Shown here: positions 24,422-35,472 of the stretch, one piece after another
How positions within the stretch are numbered: the stretch's first letter is position 1
How the letters are laid out: each line of letters begins with the position of its first letter
Source: Octopus vulgaris
Taxonomy: Eukaryota
Assembly: GCA_951406725.2 (NCBI GenBank)
Contig: OX597816.1
Coordinates: forward strand, 82,150,001-82,214,000
Reading direction: 5' to 3'
Length of the DNA stretch: 64,000 nt
Position numbers and translations under genes: made by a program
The notes under the pieces: generated by a model
Told to the model about the DNA's origin: nothing
Databases searched by the model: none
Seen by the model: only the letters and a program-made list of their open reading frames with translations

Positions 24422-27400
24422 CTGTAAAATAATATGTATACATTTAATAAAATAGTTTCATGGGGAAAGATAAGCACCTCAGAAACTGACAATGTCTCAA
24501 CAAACTAAAGAAGGCCTATACAGTCATTTAGTCTGCAAAAAATAAAAGTCTCATCTCTTTGAAATCACACCCTACCAAGAAGCTACTAATAAATAAATGA
24601 ATAAATAAAAATGAGAAGATGGTCATGGCTGAAAATCTTTTGCTCAGAGATCTGCTCAGTCAGGTCTGATCTGAGGCCTAGTCAGAAGAAACTGATATAT
24701 TCAACTATACAGAATTGAGAAAGCTTGTATATATCACAGTTGATCATATAACAACATTGGTTGAAATGGTCATATTTTCACTGATGAACTCATGTTTTCA
24801 GTTACTTCAGTACAGCTCAGAAATATTTCTCAAGACAGTTGACACATTTCACTTGCAATTTTTATTTTTACTGGTAGAAAAAAAGTACTTTTAATCCTAC
24901 AAGGCCCAGTTACAGTTAAAAGAAAGTCTATTGTTTCTAGGAATGTGATACAAAGGTACCCAAAGTCTCAGTCTCCAGTAATTCAACAGTGCAAACAAAG
25001 GTGTCGTCAATTGAATCAACTCTACTATACCATCAGAACTTGTTTTATAGATTTGAACCCAATATTTAGAGGGACATAACTTAAACATTACAAGACATTC
25101 AACCCATCACTTCAGTGCTTTAACAACATTTTTAAAAATATTAAAAATTCTTGTATAGGTTTGAAGCCAAATTCTGTGAGGAAGTTGCAAAGTTGATGAA
25201 ATTTACCCAAACATATAGCTGGTAGGATAAAAAGCAAAACTGCCCCTTGTAGGATTAGATCTCAGGACCAAGAAACAAAATTATGTAAAGCACTTAGTTC
25301 AGTTTTCCACTATTCAAGCCATCAAGCTCTTTACAAACAAAATTATATCTATTAAACTTTAATTTTATCATATTCTACAGCTAATGTGCTTGGCCACATG
25401 TAAATATCAATGAAGGATTCAAAAGTGAATAAACTGAGATGTTTGTTGTTGCTTTCTACAGCTCAAAGAAAGATTATAACAGGGCACTGTAACACTTGTA
25501 AAATATGTACTATCTTTGCAGACAGGAAAGGGCACGTAAAAAGCACCATCCGATTGTGGCCGTTGCCAGCCTCGTCTGGCCCCCGTGCCAGTGGCACGTA
25601 AAAAGCACCATCCGATCGTGGCCATTTGCCAGCCTCGTCTGGCACCTGTGCAGGTGGCACGTAAAAAGCACCCAGGAGTGGTTGGCATTAGGAAGGGCAT
25701 CCAGCTGTAGAAACACTGCCAGATCAGACTGGGCCTGGCGCAGCCTTCTGGCTTCCCAGACTCCAGTTGAACCATCCAACCCATGCTAGCATGGAAAATG
25801 GATGTTAAACGATGATGATGATGATGATGATGGGTGGTCAGCTTGGGGCTGTAGCAGACACTTATCCAAGGTGCTGCACAGTGGGACTGAACAAGAAACC
25901 ACATGGTTGAGAAACAATCTTCTAAACCACACAGCTATGTATATGTGTGTGTGTGAGTATGTGTGTGTGTGTGTAGATAAATATATTTTGGTCCAATGGA
26001 CCTATTTCCAGTGAATATAAGTCAGAAAAGCACACCATTTTAACCATCAATTTATCAGCCTATAAAACTAGGAGCCACTTAATTTGCCTCTATAAATATC
26101 TTCAACAATTGACAGTTATCTTGATATAATTTTGTCATAATTGTAACTACAATTTCTGCCATATGAAATGACAGAACAAAATATCTGAAATCAAGCATTC
26201 ACAAACATTACTGGAGAGCTGATTGATGCCTATGTTGGCCCTGATCAAGCAGGCCTATGATAAAAATTATTCCAATTGTCACCATCCTGCCCTTTTTTAA
26301 GAGTATATCCCAGACTTCATTATCCAATGTTCTTTTATTTTAAGATGGCTGAGTTTGATTAAAGGGAGATTTGGCTGCTGTTTCTAGTTGGTCAAAAGAC
26401 TAAATAAACTATTTCTACTGTCTAAGCCATCATGCTCTTTCCAAACAAGATTAAAATACCTTCATATTTTGTTTACTTTAATGTTACTTACAGAGTGTCT
26501 GGATGCATTAATAATATTAGTAAGATGTTCAAAAGAGACTTCTTCGTTAGCTAATGATAAACAATAACAGAATACTATTAAAAGTCCAAAAGACTCTTTT
26601 TTATAAGCTAGAAGTACCCATGGAAATTCTGCAATTGTTTTTGGAAATTAAGATTGATGAACGTTTATAGAGAACCATGAAATACATAATTTCTTCACAA
26701 ATTGTATTTTTTTTTATAAGTGCTTCTTTCTTGAGATAGTGTGAAATCCACACAGCTAGTACTGATGGTACAGTTACATGATTAAACATCTTTGAAAACA
26801 GTATACACTACAAGTGTATATAACTTTAAAAGTTATCTATCAATTTTCTCTTTACACTAAGGAGTAAACAAATTTAACTATTTGGAATAGTTAGGCAGTA
26901 TTTAATTAAAATAGCTATGAATCATACCTAATGTATACAGTGTTGACAAGCCAGTTACTTGTCCTGAGATAACATATCTCATGAACTTGCAGTGTTAAAA
27001 AAACAATAGATATGAGAGAGAGATGAAAATTTATCTCAGCAGCAGCCAGCAAGAGTATAAGATGCATTTCAGCTTCTTTGAGCCTTTTCCATAGTACATG
27101 CTCAGATGAGAATTTATCATCTCTGACACAGGAAAAAGTGAATGAAACATTCATTATTATTGAGAATAGCTACCTCCTCATCATCATTGTTTAACATCCG
27201 CTTTCCATGCTGGCATGGGTTAGATAGTTTGACATGGAGCTGGCCAGCTGGGAGCTATCCAAACTCCAATTGTCTGTTGTGGCATAGTTTCTATGGCAGG
27301 ATGCCCTTCCTAATACCAATCACTTAACAGAGTGTGCTGAGTGCTTTTTACATGCCACTGGCTGATAAAAAAATCCTGTAGATGCAAGTTCATAAGAGAT

Positions 27401-28246
27401 GTAATTGCAACATAATACTATAGTAACTGGCCTACTGTCAGTATGCATACATTATGTATGAGACGTTGCTGGTTATATAAATTCAATATGGCTCCAATTG
27501 CGTATATAGGATTTTTAATAAGTCAGGGAGCTATTTGTAACATCAGTGAATGTTTTATTCCCTTTTTCCAGCAGAGACGGTGAATTCTTATCTATACATA
27601 TGGCTGGCTATTAATGTGTGTCATTGAAAAGGCCCAAAAAATGCCAAAAATGCACTTGGCATTCTCACTGGCCATTACTGGGATGAATTTTCATCTCTTT
27701 CTCTGAGATTTATTGTGCTTTTAATACAGGAGGTGCATAAGAGATGTTATCTTAGGACAAATACTGCAGAAACTGGCTTATTGACAGTGTGTATACATGA
27801 AACAGGATACGTAGATGGCTATTTTAAAGTTAAATATGGAAGTCATACTAGCACTCCGTCAGTTACAACAATGAGTGTCCCAGCTAATTTCATCAAGAGA
27901 ACTGCTTGTGAAATTTATATGCCAGTGGCTGAGCACTCCACAGACACATGTACCCTCAACACAGTTCTCAGTGAGATTCAGCATGGCCCGTTGAAATACA
28001 GGAACAAATAATTTTTGCCAGTGGACAAGTGCAACATGAAATAAAATGCCTTGCTCAACAACAGAACACAACCTTACAATCATGAGCTGAATACCCAACC
28101 ACTAAACCATGCTTAGTGGAAGACAATTTGTCAATAATATAGTTAATAAAGATGGTGAGTACAACGGCTGTACCTTTGGTATTACTGGAGGTAATATTAT
28201 ACTATCTCAAGAATCAAATGGTTCAGGAAAAAGGTTTTAAAAGAGG

Positions 28247-30250
28247 TAGTCACCCGTATAGTTAACCAGGTGATACACGAAGGAGTCATTCCCAATGACT
28301 GGTGTAGCAGCATAATAGTCAACTGCTACAAAGGTAAAGGTGATGCCCTAGATACAAATAACTACAGAGGTATCAAGCTGTTGGATCAGGTAATGAAGGT
28401 TATGGAGAGGGTCATAGCCCAACTAATTAGAGAGAGAGTTAGCTTAGATGAGATGCAGTTTGGGTTCGTGCCAAGGAAAAGTACTACTGACGCTATATTC
28501 CTGGTAAGACAGCTGCAGGAGAAATACCTAGCCAAAGATAAGCCCCTGTACCTGGCTTATGTTGACATGGAGAAAGCCTTCGACAGGGTCCCCCGATCCC
28601 TTATCTGGTGGTCAATGAGGAAACTAGGGGTAGATGAATGGTTAGTGAGAGCTGTATGAGCCATGTACAGAGACGCTGCTAGTAAGGTGAGGGTTGGCAA
28701 TGAGTACAGTGAAGAATTCCGGGTAGAGGTTGGGGACCACCAAGGTTCAGTCCTCATTCCCCTCCTATTTATCATAGTCCTCCAGGCAATAACGGAGGAA
28801 TTCAAGACAGGATGCCCCTGGGAGCTCCTCTATGCTGATGACCTTGCTCTAATTGCTGAGTCACTATCAGAACTGGAGAAGTTTCAGGTGTGGAAGCAAG
28901 GATTAGAATCGAAGGGCCTTAGAGTCAACCTAGCCAAAACCAAAGTCCTAATAAGTAGGAAGGTAGACAAATCACAAACGCCCTCAGGTAGATGGCCCTG
29001 CTCAATCTGTAGAAAAGGTGTAGGTAGAAACTCTATAAGATGCACCAAGTGTAAGCTATGGACACATAAGAGGTGCAGCAATGTCAAAGGAAGGCTAACT
29101 AGGAAAATAGTTTTTGTTTGTGGCAGATGCTCAGGAGCAATAAACACTGAAAATGTGCAGAGACCAACTTCTACCACATTCCAGGGAGAAAAACTAGAAG
29201 TAGTTGATAGCTTCCGATACCTAGTTGACCAAGTCAGTAGCGGGGGTGGGTGTGCTGAAAGTGTAACTGCTAGAGTAAGAATAGCCTGGGCAAAGTTCAG
29301 AGAGCTCTTACCTCTGCTGGTGACAAAAGGCCTCTCGCTCTGAGTAAAAGGCAGACTGTATGATGCATGTGTACGAACAGCCATGCTACATGGTAGTGAA
29401 ACATGGGCCGTGACTGCTGAGGATATGCGTAAGCTCGCAAGAAATGAAACCAGTATGCTCTGATGGATTTGTAATGTCAGTGTTCATACTCGACAGAGTG
29501 TAAGTATCTTGAGAGAAAAGTTGGACCTAAGAAGCATCAGTTGTGGTGTGCAAGAGAGACGTTTGCGCTGGTATGGTCATGTGACGAGAATAGCTGAAGA
29601 TAGTTGTGTGAAAAAGTGCCACACCCTAGCGGTTGAGGGAACCTGTGGAAGAGGTAGACCCAGGAAAACCTGGGACGAGGTGGTGAAGCACGACCTTCGA
29701 ACTTTAGGTCTTACCAAGGAAATGACTAGAGAATGAGACCTATGGAAGTATGCTGTGCGTGAGAAGACTCGGCAGGACTAGTGAGACCATTACCCGTGGC
29801 CTCTACCTGGGATGTAGCCAGTCGACTTATGCATACCTTTCCTTCTTGGGACACAAAACTCCACTTGTGAAGACCCGTTCAGGCAAGTGGAAATCAGAAC
29901 CAAACATCGAAGTCGATCAACATCAATGCAAAGCTGTGATACCAGTGCTGATGGCACGTAAGCGAACCATCCAATCGTGGCCATTGCCAGCGCAGCCCCG
30001 ACTGGCCTCCGAGCCGGTGGCACGTAAAAACCACCATCTGACCGTGGCCGTTTGCCAGCGTTTGCCGGTGGCATGTAAAAAGCACCCACTACACTCACGG
30101 AGTGGTTGGCGTTAGGAAGGGCATCCAGCCGTAGAAACATTGCAAGATCAGACTGGGCCTGGTGCAGCCTTCTGGCTTCCCAGACCCCAGTTGAACCGTC
30201 CAACCCATGCTAGCATGGAAAGCGGACACTAAATGATGATGATAATGATG
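28247..30250 (+). mobile_element. 5'-truncated RTE-clade LINE (RT + zinc finger + 3' tail), relatively young but inactivated
   Basis: RT motifs NYRGIKLL, QFGF, DMEKAFDRV, HQGSVL, LLYADDL, FRYL; C-terminal RRLRWYGHV...GRGRPRKTW; in-frame stops at ~28657, 29341 and 29461; 3' UTR ends in (ATG)n. Confidence 0.95.
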
Positions 30251-30390
30251 AATGGACCTTGGTAAAATTTGAAATCAGAACAGAAATGATCATAATTATA
30301 GACTGGAAGGCATTTTATCAAACACGTTGCAGTTTCTGCTTTTCCCCACTCTCTTTTACACTACATTAAAGTAACTTACCTGAAGTAGCT

Positions 30391-30536
30391 TTATGACTCA
30401 TTGTTACCAGTATTATAACCTTTTATTTTCTGTAACTCTTCAGGTGTGACATCTTGTTGGGTGATACTTAAACCACTGATAGTTATTTTTTTTACGTTTC
30501 CCTCTCCAAAATTTATTAACCGAAGATAATGTTGAG
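30391..30536 (-). CDS. Uncharacterised 98-aa small membrane protein, coding exon 2
   Basis: Acceptor ctcttttgttttatcattgtcag. Encodes AQHYLRLINFGEGNVKKITISGLSITQQDVTPEELQKIKGYNTGNNES*; phase-compatible with exon 1. The exon continues to the donor at 30380. Confidence 0.8.
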
Positions 30537-31369
30537 CTGACAATGATAAAACAAAAGAGAGAAGTGTTACTCTCATATTTACGAATTGAATAATCAACAA
30601 ATCATCACAATATTAGCTGCTCAGTAGGTGATACTATGTGCAGAACAGGTAAGACTTAAGTAAATGGAAGTCAGAGAAAATTAACATGACTGAGAGTAGA
30701 CACTGCTATAGAGATTAGAATTTTCAGACTATAGTATCTTTATCTATGCGCCATTTCATCAGACATCTTGTTCCAGGGTGTATTCAACATGAAATCAAGT
30801 GTGTGTGTGTGTGCACAGTTAATACATGTGCTGAGCCTACAGGCTTATTAAGTTGGAGCTTATCCCAGTCCAGCACAAAGTTATCCCCCAGCTACTGCTC
30901 ATACTTGTTTCACCTTGGTAGATTGTAGCAATATGAAAAAATGTGTTTTGTTCAAAGACACATGCCAATTGGTCTAGGAACTGAGCCTAAAACATTACAA
31001 TCATCCAAGACATGAACCAGTAGGTTACATGCCTGAATCATCATAATCATTCTTTATGTCTGCTTATACCATGCTGGTATGGCTTGGATGTTTTGACAGG
31101 ATTTAAGGCGTTTGGACTACAGCTTGCTCCAATGCCTCATATTTGTATGGCCTTTAAGATTAGCTGTCCTTCCTGATGACAGCCACTTTAGAGTGAACTG
31201 AGTGCTTTTTTGTGTGTGTGTAGCACCAGCACCAGTGGCTTGGTGTACTGATTTGTCTATAAGCCATGCGATAACAGACATACACTCTGCAATCTAATGA
31301 ATGTGTAGGGATGTGTCGGGGTGTATTCATATGTGTGTGCATGTGTGTGTGGATTTTTGTGTGGACGTG

Positions 31370-32010
31370 TGGGTTTAGGGTTGGATGAGGATATGTATGT
31401 TTTTCTTGTGCGTTGTGGTGGAGGTCGGGCGGCTCTCAACGGACCAACCATGAGGAAGACAATGATAATTTAAATTTAAATCCAATAGTGTATTTATGTC
31501 ATAAGGAAAATTACTAACTGGAACCCGGACATACATATGTGCCACTTTGGATCCTAATGTAAGCGTTATTAATAATATTATGAATGATAATAATGGTAGC
31601 ATTAATGGTACTGACAACGATAATGATGCTAACTTTAATGACACTTTGGAAATTAGTAGGAAGTAATATAATGTACTATTGACTATGTATATTTGCATCT
31701 AGGTACTAATATGTGTATGTTTATTATCACAATATTAAGTTGAAAAACTGAAACATTGAATGTGGAACATATATATGTTTACTAATTTATATTATTTATT
31801 TACATTATTATGTATATGTATATTTTTATATGTATAGGAGTGTGAGTGTATGCACTCATATGTATATGTATATTTCCGAAGAGGCCTTATGATATTTTTG
31901 TAAATGTCTCATTTATATCTATATATTGACCTACCATAAAAGGCTAATATTGGTAAAATGAGACATACTTATCTACATGGCCAAAACAGCTGTAAGATGT
32001 AATCTATACT
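31370..32010. mobile_element. Penelope-like element remnant with a degenerate hammerhead-type terminal motif
   Basis: cCGAAGAggcc-(long hairpin atgtctcattt...aaatgagacat)-ggccAAAAcagctgTAaga at ~31876-32000. Assignment to PLE is by motif architecture. Confidence 0.5.
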
Positions 32011-32774
32011 TATATTTATATTCTCTTTTTTATATATATTCTACTTACTATACAACATTAATCTTTTATGTACACTTTTTTATGTACATTCCTTTATGTA
32101 CACTGATTTGTTCTGCTTTTTTATGTTTAACCCTACAATCTCTTATGTGGTGGTTTAATAAAGTTTGTGATTGAGTATTATCTGGTAATTGATATTTGAT
32201 TTGGATGTATTTCTCCATTTTCTTATGATGATGATGATGATGATGATATATATATATATATATATATATGTCCCACTCATGCCAGTATAGAAGGCAGGCG
32301 TTAAATGATGATGATGATATATATTTATAAATCTGGCCATAGCTATTAGTGTAGGCATGGCTATACAGTCATGAAGTTTGCATCCCAATCACATGTTTCA
32401 GGCTCAGTACCCCAATGTGGCACCTCAGACAAGTGTCTTGTACTATAGCATTGGGTTAAGCAATCAGTGGCTTTTGAAAATGGAACTAAAAGAAGCCTGT
32501 CATGCGTGTGTGTGCACATTTGTGTCACCTTGTGTTGACATTGCACAACAGATGCAAATGAGTGTCGCCATCATACAAGCAGTGTCTTTCGTTTTCAATC
32601 TCTCAGAAAAATATGTCAGGCCATGAGAAAGTAATGCTTTGCTTGAAACATGTGAGGATTGACAGCAGAAAGAGTAACTAGCCATAGAAAATGTACCTCG
32701 ATGAATTCTGTCTGATCTATACAAGCATGAAAAAGTGGATTGTTAAAATGATGATAATGATATATATCCAGAAG

Positions 32775-32806
<32 letters not shown>

Positions 32807-33334
32807 GTACACACACACATACATGGCACCTATGGAATATAGGAAAACATGGGATGAAGTTGTAAGAGCCGATCTCAAGATGTTGGGACTGATGGAGATG
32901 ACAATGGACCAAGATGTCTGGCAATATGAGGTTCTTGAGAAAACCCGTCCACCTTAGCGAACCAAAAGGACACCTCATGCCAAATCGTCAGTGTCTCCAT
33001 GGATATAGACATCGGAAAGATATGTCAAGTCAATGAAAATAGGTCAATCTTATAACCTTTAAGATCTAAAAGCACAGCACGCACTCACGTACGTAGTGTG
33101 TCTGTACGTGTGTGTTAGCCCTCATTATACCGCCATATGCTAAGTATCCCTACCAAGGAGGATCTTGCTGATCACATAATATAATCACGGTTCTGTAAAA
33201 TACTTGGGTTCCCAATTTCCCATTCCGTTGCCTGGAGGCTAGGGAGCAAGAACAGATCTAATGCTTGATAGTAAATATAATGACCCCCCTTACAGAATTA
33301 TCTACCTTTTGAAAATACTTATTTTCAACAAAGG

Positions 33335-33425
33335 GGCGGAGATACAGAATACGTACACCACCCGTTTTTGGCGTAACAAAAATCCTAACCCTAAACACCG
33401 GGTGTACGTATTCTTTATTTTCGCC
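33335..33425. mobile_element. ~90-bp MITE/hairpin with telomere-like core
   Basis: 25-bp inverted repeats (ggcggagatacagaatacgtacacc / ggtgtacgtattctttattttcgcc, 22/25) around cctaaccctaa. Confidence 0.6.
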
Positions 33426-33865
33426 GACATATGCTTATGGGCAAGGTAAAAAGGTGTTTTAATGTTTACAATTAGACATTCGACATTGCAACTGTTTGAG
33501 GTCACTTCCGGTTGTGTAGTCTGACTTTGAAACCACTAAATTCAACATGATTGATCAAAATTTTTAATATGCAGTTCGAGGTCCTAAAATACCACTTCTC
33601 CAAGCTTTATTTAATCTTTCATCGTTTTAGGAGTAAGTTGGATAACCAACAGTTTAAGTGTTACTCGTATTATCTGTATTAAAAAAATGTATTATATTGC
33701 TCAAGAATTACTATTAAAACAAACATCGTTTCTTTCTAATGAGAAAAAAAGACAACTATTTCTGAATTCTATATTAAAAATGAAAAGTAAAGCTATGTCT
33801 AAACCTGCATGTAGAAAGAATGCGATAAACTTATAATGACACTATACAAGTCGTTAATCATTCAC

Positions 33866-34016
33866 CTCCAGATGCGTTTTTCCATTGACCAGGTTCTTTC
33901 TTCTCTCCTTCAGCGATGTACCGTTTATATAATGTTAATCCGATAATGTTCCAAGTTCCAAAGAACACCAAAGCTGTCCCCAATGTTACAGTACCACCTT
34001 TAACATATCGTCGCAT
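33866..34016 (-). CDS. Uncharacterised 98-aa small membrane protein, coding exon 1
   Basis: ATG at 34016 (acaATG context) and GAG|gtgaat donor. Encodes MRRYVKGGTVTLGTALVFFGTWNIIGLTLYKRYIAEGEKKEPGQWKNASG, with one hydrophobic segment. Confidence 0.78.
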
Positions 34017-34138
34017 TGTGAGTGTTTGTAGGACTGGACGAATAGGAAAGTCATGGAAATACGAAAGTTTGGCTTTTTACGAAAACTAGAGTTGTTCCCC
34101 TTTAAGATCCGGCTCTTCGCGCCAAATACGAAACCAAA
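34017..34138. promoter_or_regulatory. Bidirectional promoter / 5'UTR region shared by RNASEH2C and the small-protein gene
   Basis: Only 122 bp between divergent ATGs; locally CpG-rich; E2F-type TTTGGCGCGAA (minus) at 34116-34126; YY1-like AAAATGGC over the RNASEH2C ATG. Confidence 0.75.
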
Positions 34139-34286
34139 ATGGCTGTCTACGTGGATTTGACTAAGTGGCAGCAAGCCGATGTAGCTGATAGATGTCATTA
34201 TATGCCCTGTATAATAAAGTACAGCGGTGAAACAAATGCTGAAAAGTATTTTGAAACAACTATTCAAGAGGATGACGACAAAAAGG
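34139..34286 (+). CDS. RNASEH2C: Ribonuclease H2 subunit C, exon 1
   Basis: Encodes MAVYVDLTKWQQADVADRCHYMPCIIKYSGETNAEKYFETTIQEDDDKK, matching the RNase H2C 'HxxPCxIxxxGxxxVxxYF' motif; G|gtatat donor. Confidence 0.9.
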
Positions 34287-34498
34287 GTATATGAATACGA
34301 TTATTTCTTCTTGTTTGATGATGTCGTTGAAGCATCTTGCAGAACTTAAATTCGTATTTCTGCAGTAAGTGTTTAAATTTCACCGTAGTCGATAAAATAG
34401 GAATCAGTAAGACACTAGAATTTGTTCAATTATTCCTTTTCCACTGGACGAAAGCTATCTTTTTTTTCTTTTCTGAAAATTTTATCAGTAAAAATTTC

Positions 34499-34941
34499 GG
34501 CAAGACTCCTCCCGTCCCCTCCATTTTCTTGCAAATTATTGTTTTTTAAATCTTTTTTTGCTAAAAACCCACGCTTTCGGATACGGAGATTCTGAAAAAT
34601 TGCAAAAATCGGAATTTTGAAATTTTTTGCTCTCCCCCCCCACCCCCACCCAATTTCTTCATTTTTCATTTTTTTCCATAACCAGAAAAACTTTTGGAAA
34701 ATTTTTTCAGAATAATAATCTCCGTATTTTTTCTACATATTTTTAAAAAAGAAATTTCTGAAAAAAAAGTTTAAAAGGAAGAATTGAGGTGGGTGAGGGG
34801 TAATTTCAAAATGCCGATTTTTGTCAATTATTTTGCAGATTCGTATTCTCCATAGCCGAAAACGGGTGTTTGTGTAGAAAAAAAAATAATTAAATAAAAA
34901 AAAAAAGAGGTGTTTTGGTGGGTACAAAAGGAAGTCTTGCC
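34499..34941. mobile_element. Old GGCA-ended palindromic MITE
   Basis: Termini ggcaagact / agtcttgcc, with internal inverted blocks (cacgctttcggatacggagatt...aaatcggaattttgaaatt vs aatttcaaaatgccgattt...attctccatagccgaaaacgggtg). TSD unclear. Confidence 0.55.
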
Positions 34942-35472
34942 GAGTTTCGCAATTGTTACGATGAGCTATTACTGTCCGCTTAATATTTATTTAACAGCTA
35001 CAACTGATCGTCGACTTAGGTTATGATTTTTACCAGTTTCCATCTGTTTTTATACAAAAAGCGGTTCTCATACGGTTCATCTCCACAAGGGAGATCACTA
35101 TGTTATATATTTCACAGGATTGTGCAGTGTAACTAAGTTTATTTTCATTTTTTTGTATTCTTTTATGCTTTTATATGTTTCAGTCCAATGACTGTGGCCA
35201 TGCTGGAGCACCACCATTAAAATTAAATTTAACGACGAGGATGAGATATATATGTATTAAACATTTACTTCGCCAAACATTTTTTTCAACTATAAATGTA
35301 GGCTGTCATTTCAATGTACAGTGTAAATAACATACGTAAATGATAATCCCTAAGTTTGTGACGCTATCTAGCTGAAAGTGAATTCTGGGAATGCATTAAT
35401 CGAAGGTAAATATTTCATAAATGGGTGTATTTTTATAATTCCTCATTATCCCCAGACTGTAGATAAAAATAT

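Noticed and set aside
25525-25680. Repeated tggcacgtaaaaagcacc units with ~55-bp period (also 29950-30090, 58000-58140) that superficially resemble a CRISPR array
   Set aside because: Eukaryotic context, no cas genes, spacers are similar to each other, and the units are part of the RTE/SINE 3' tail.
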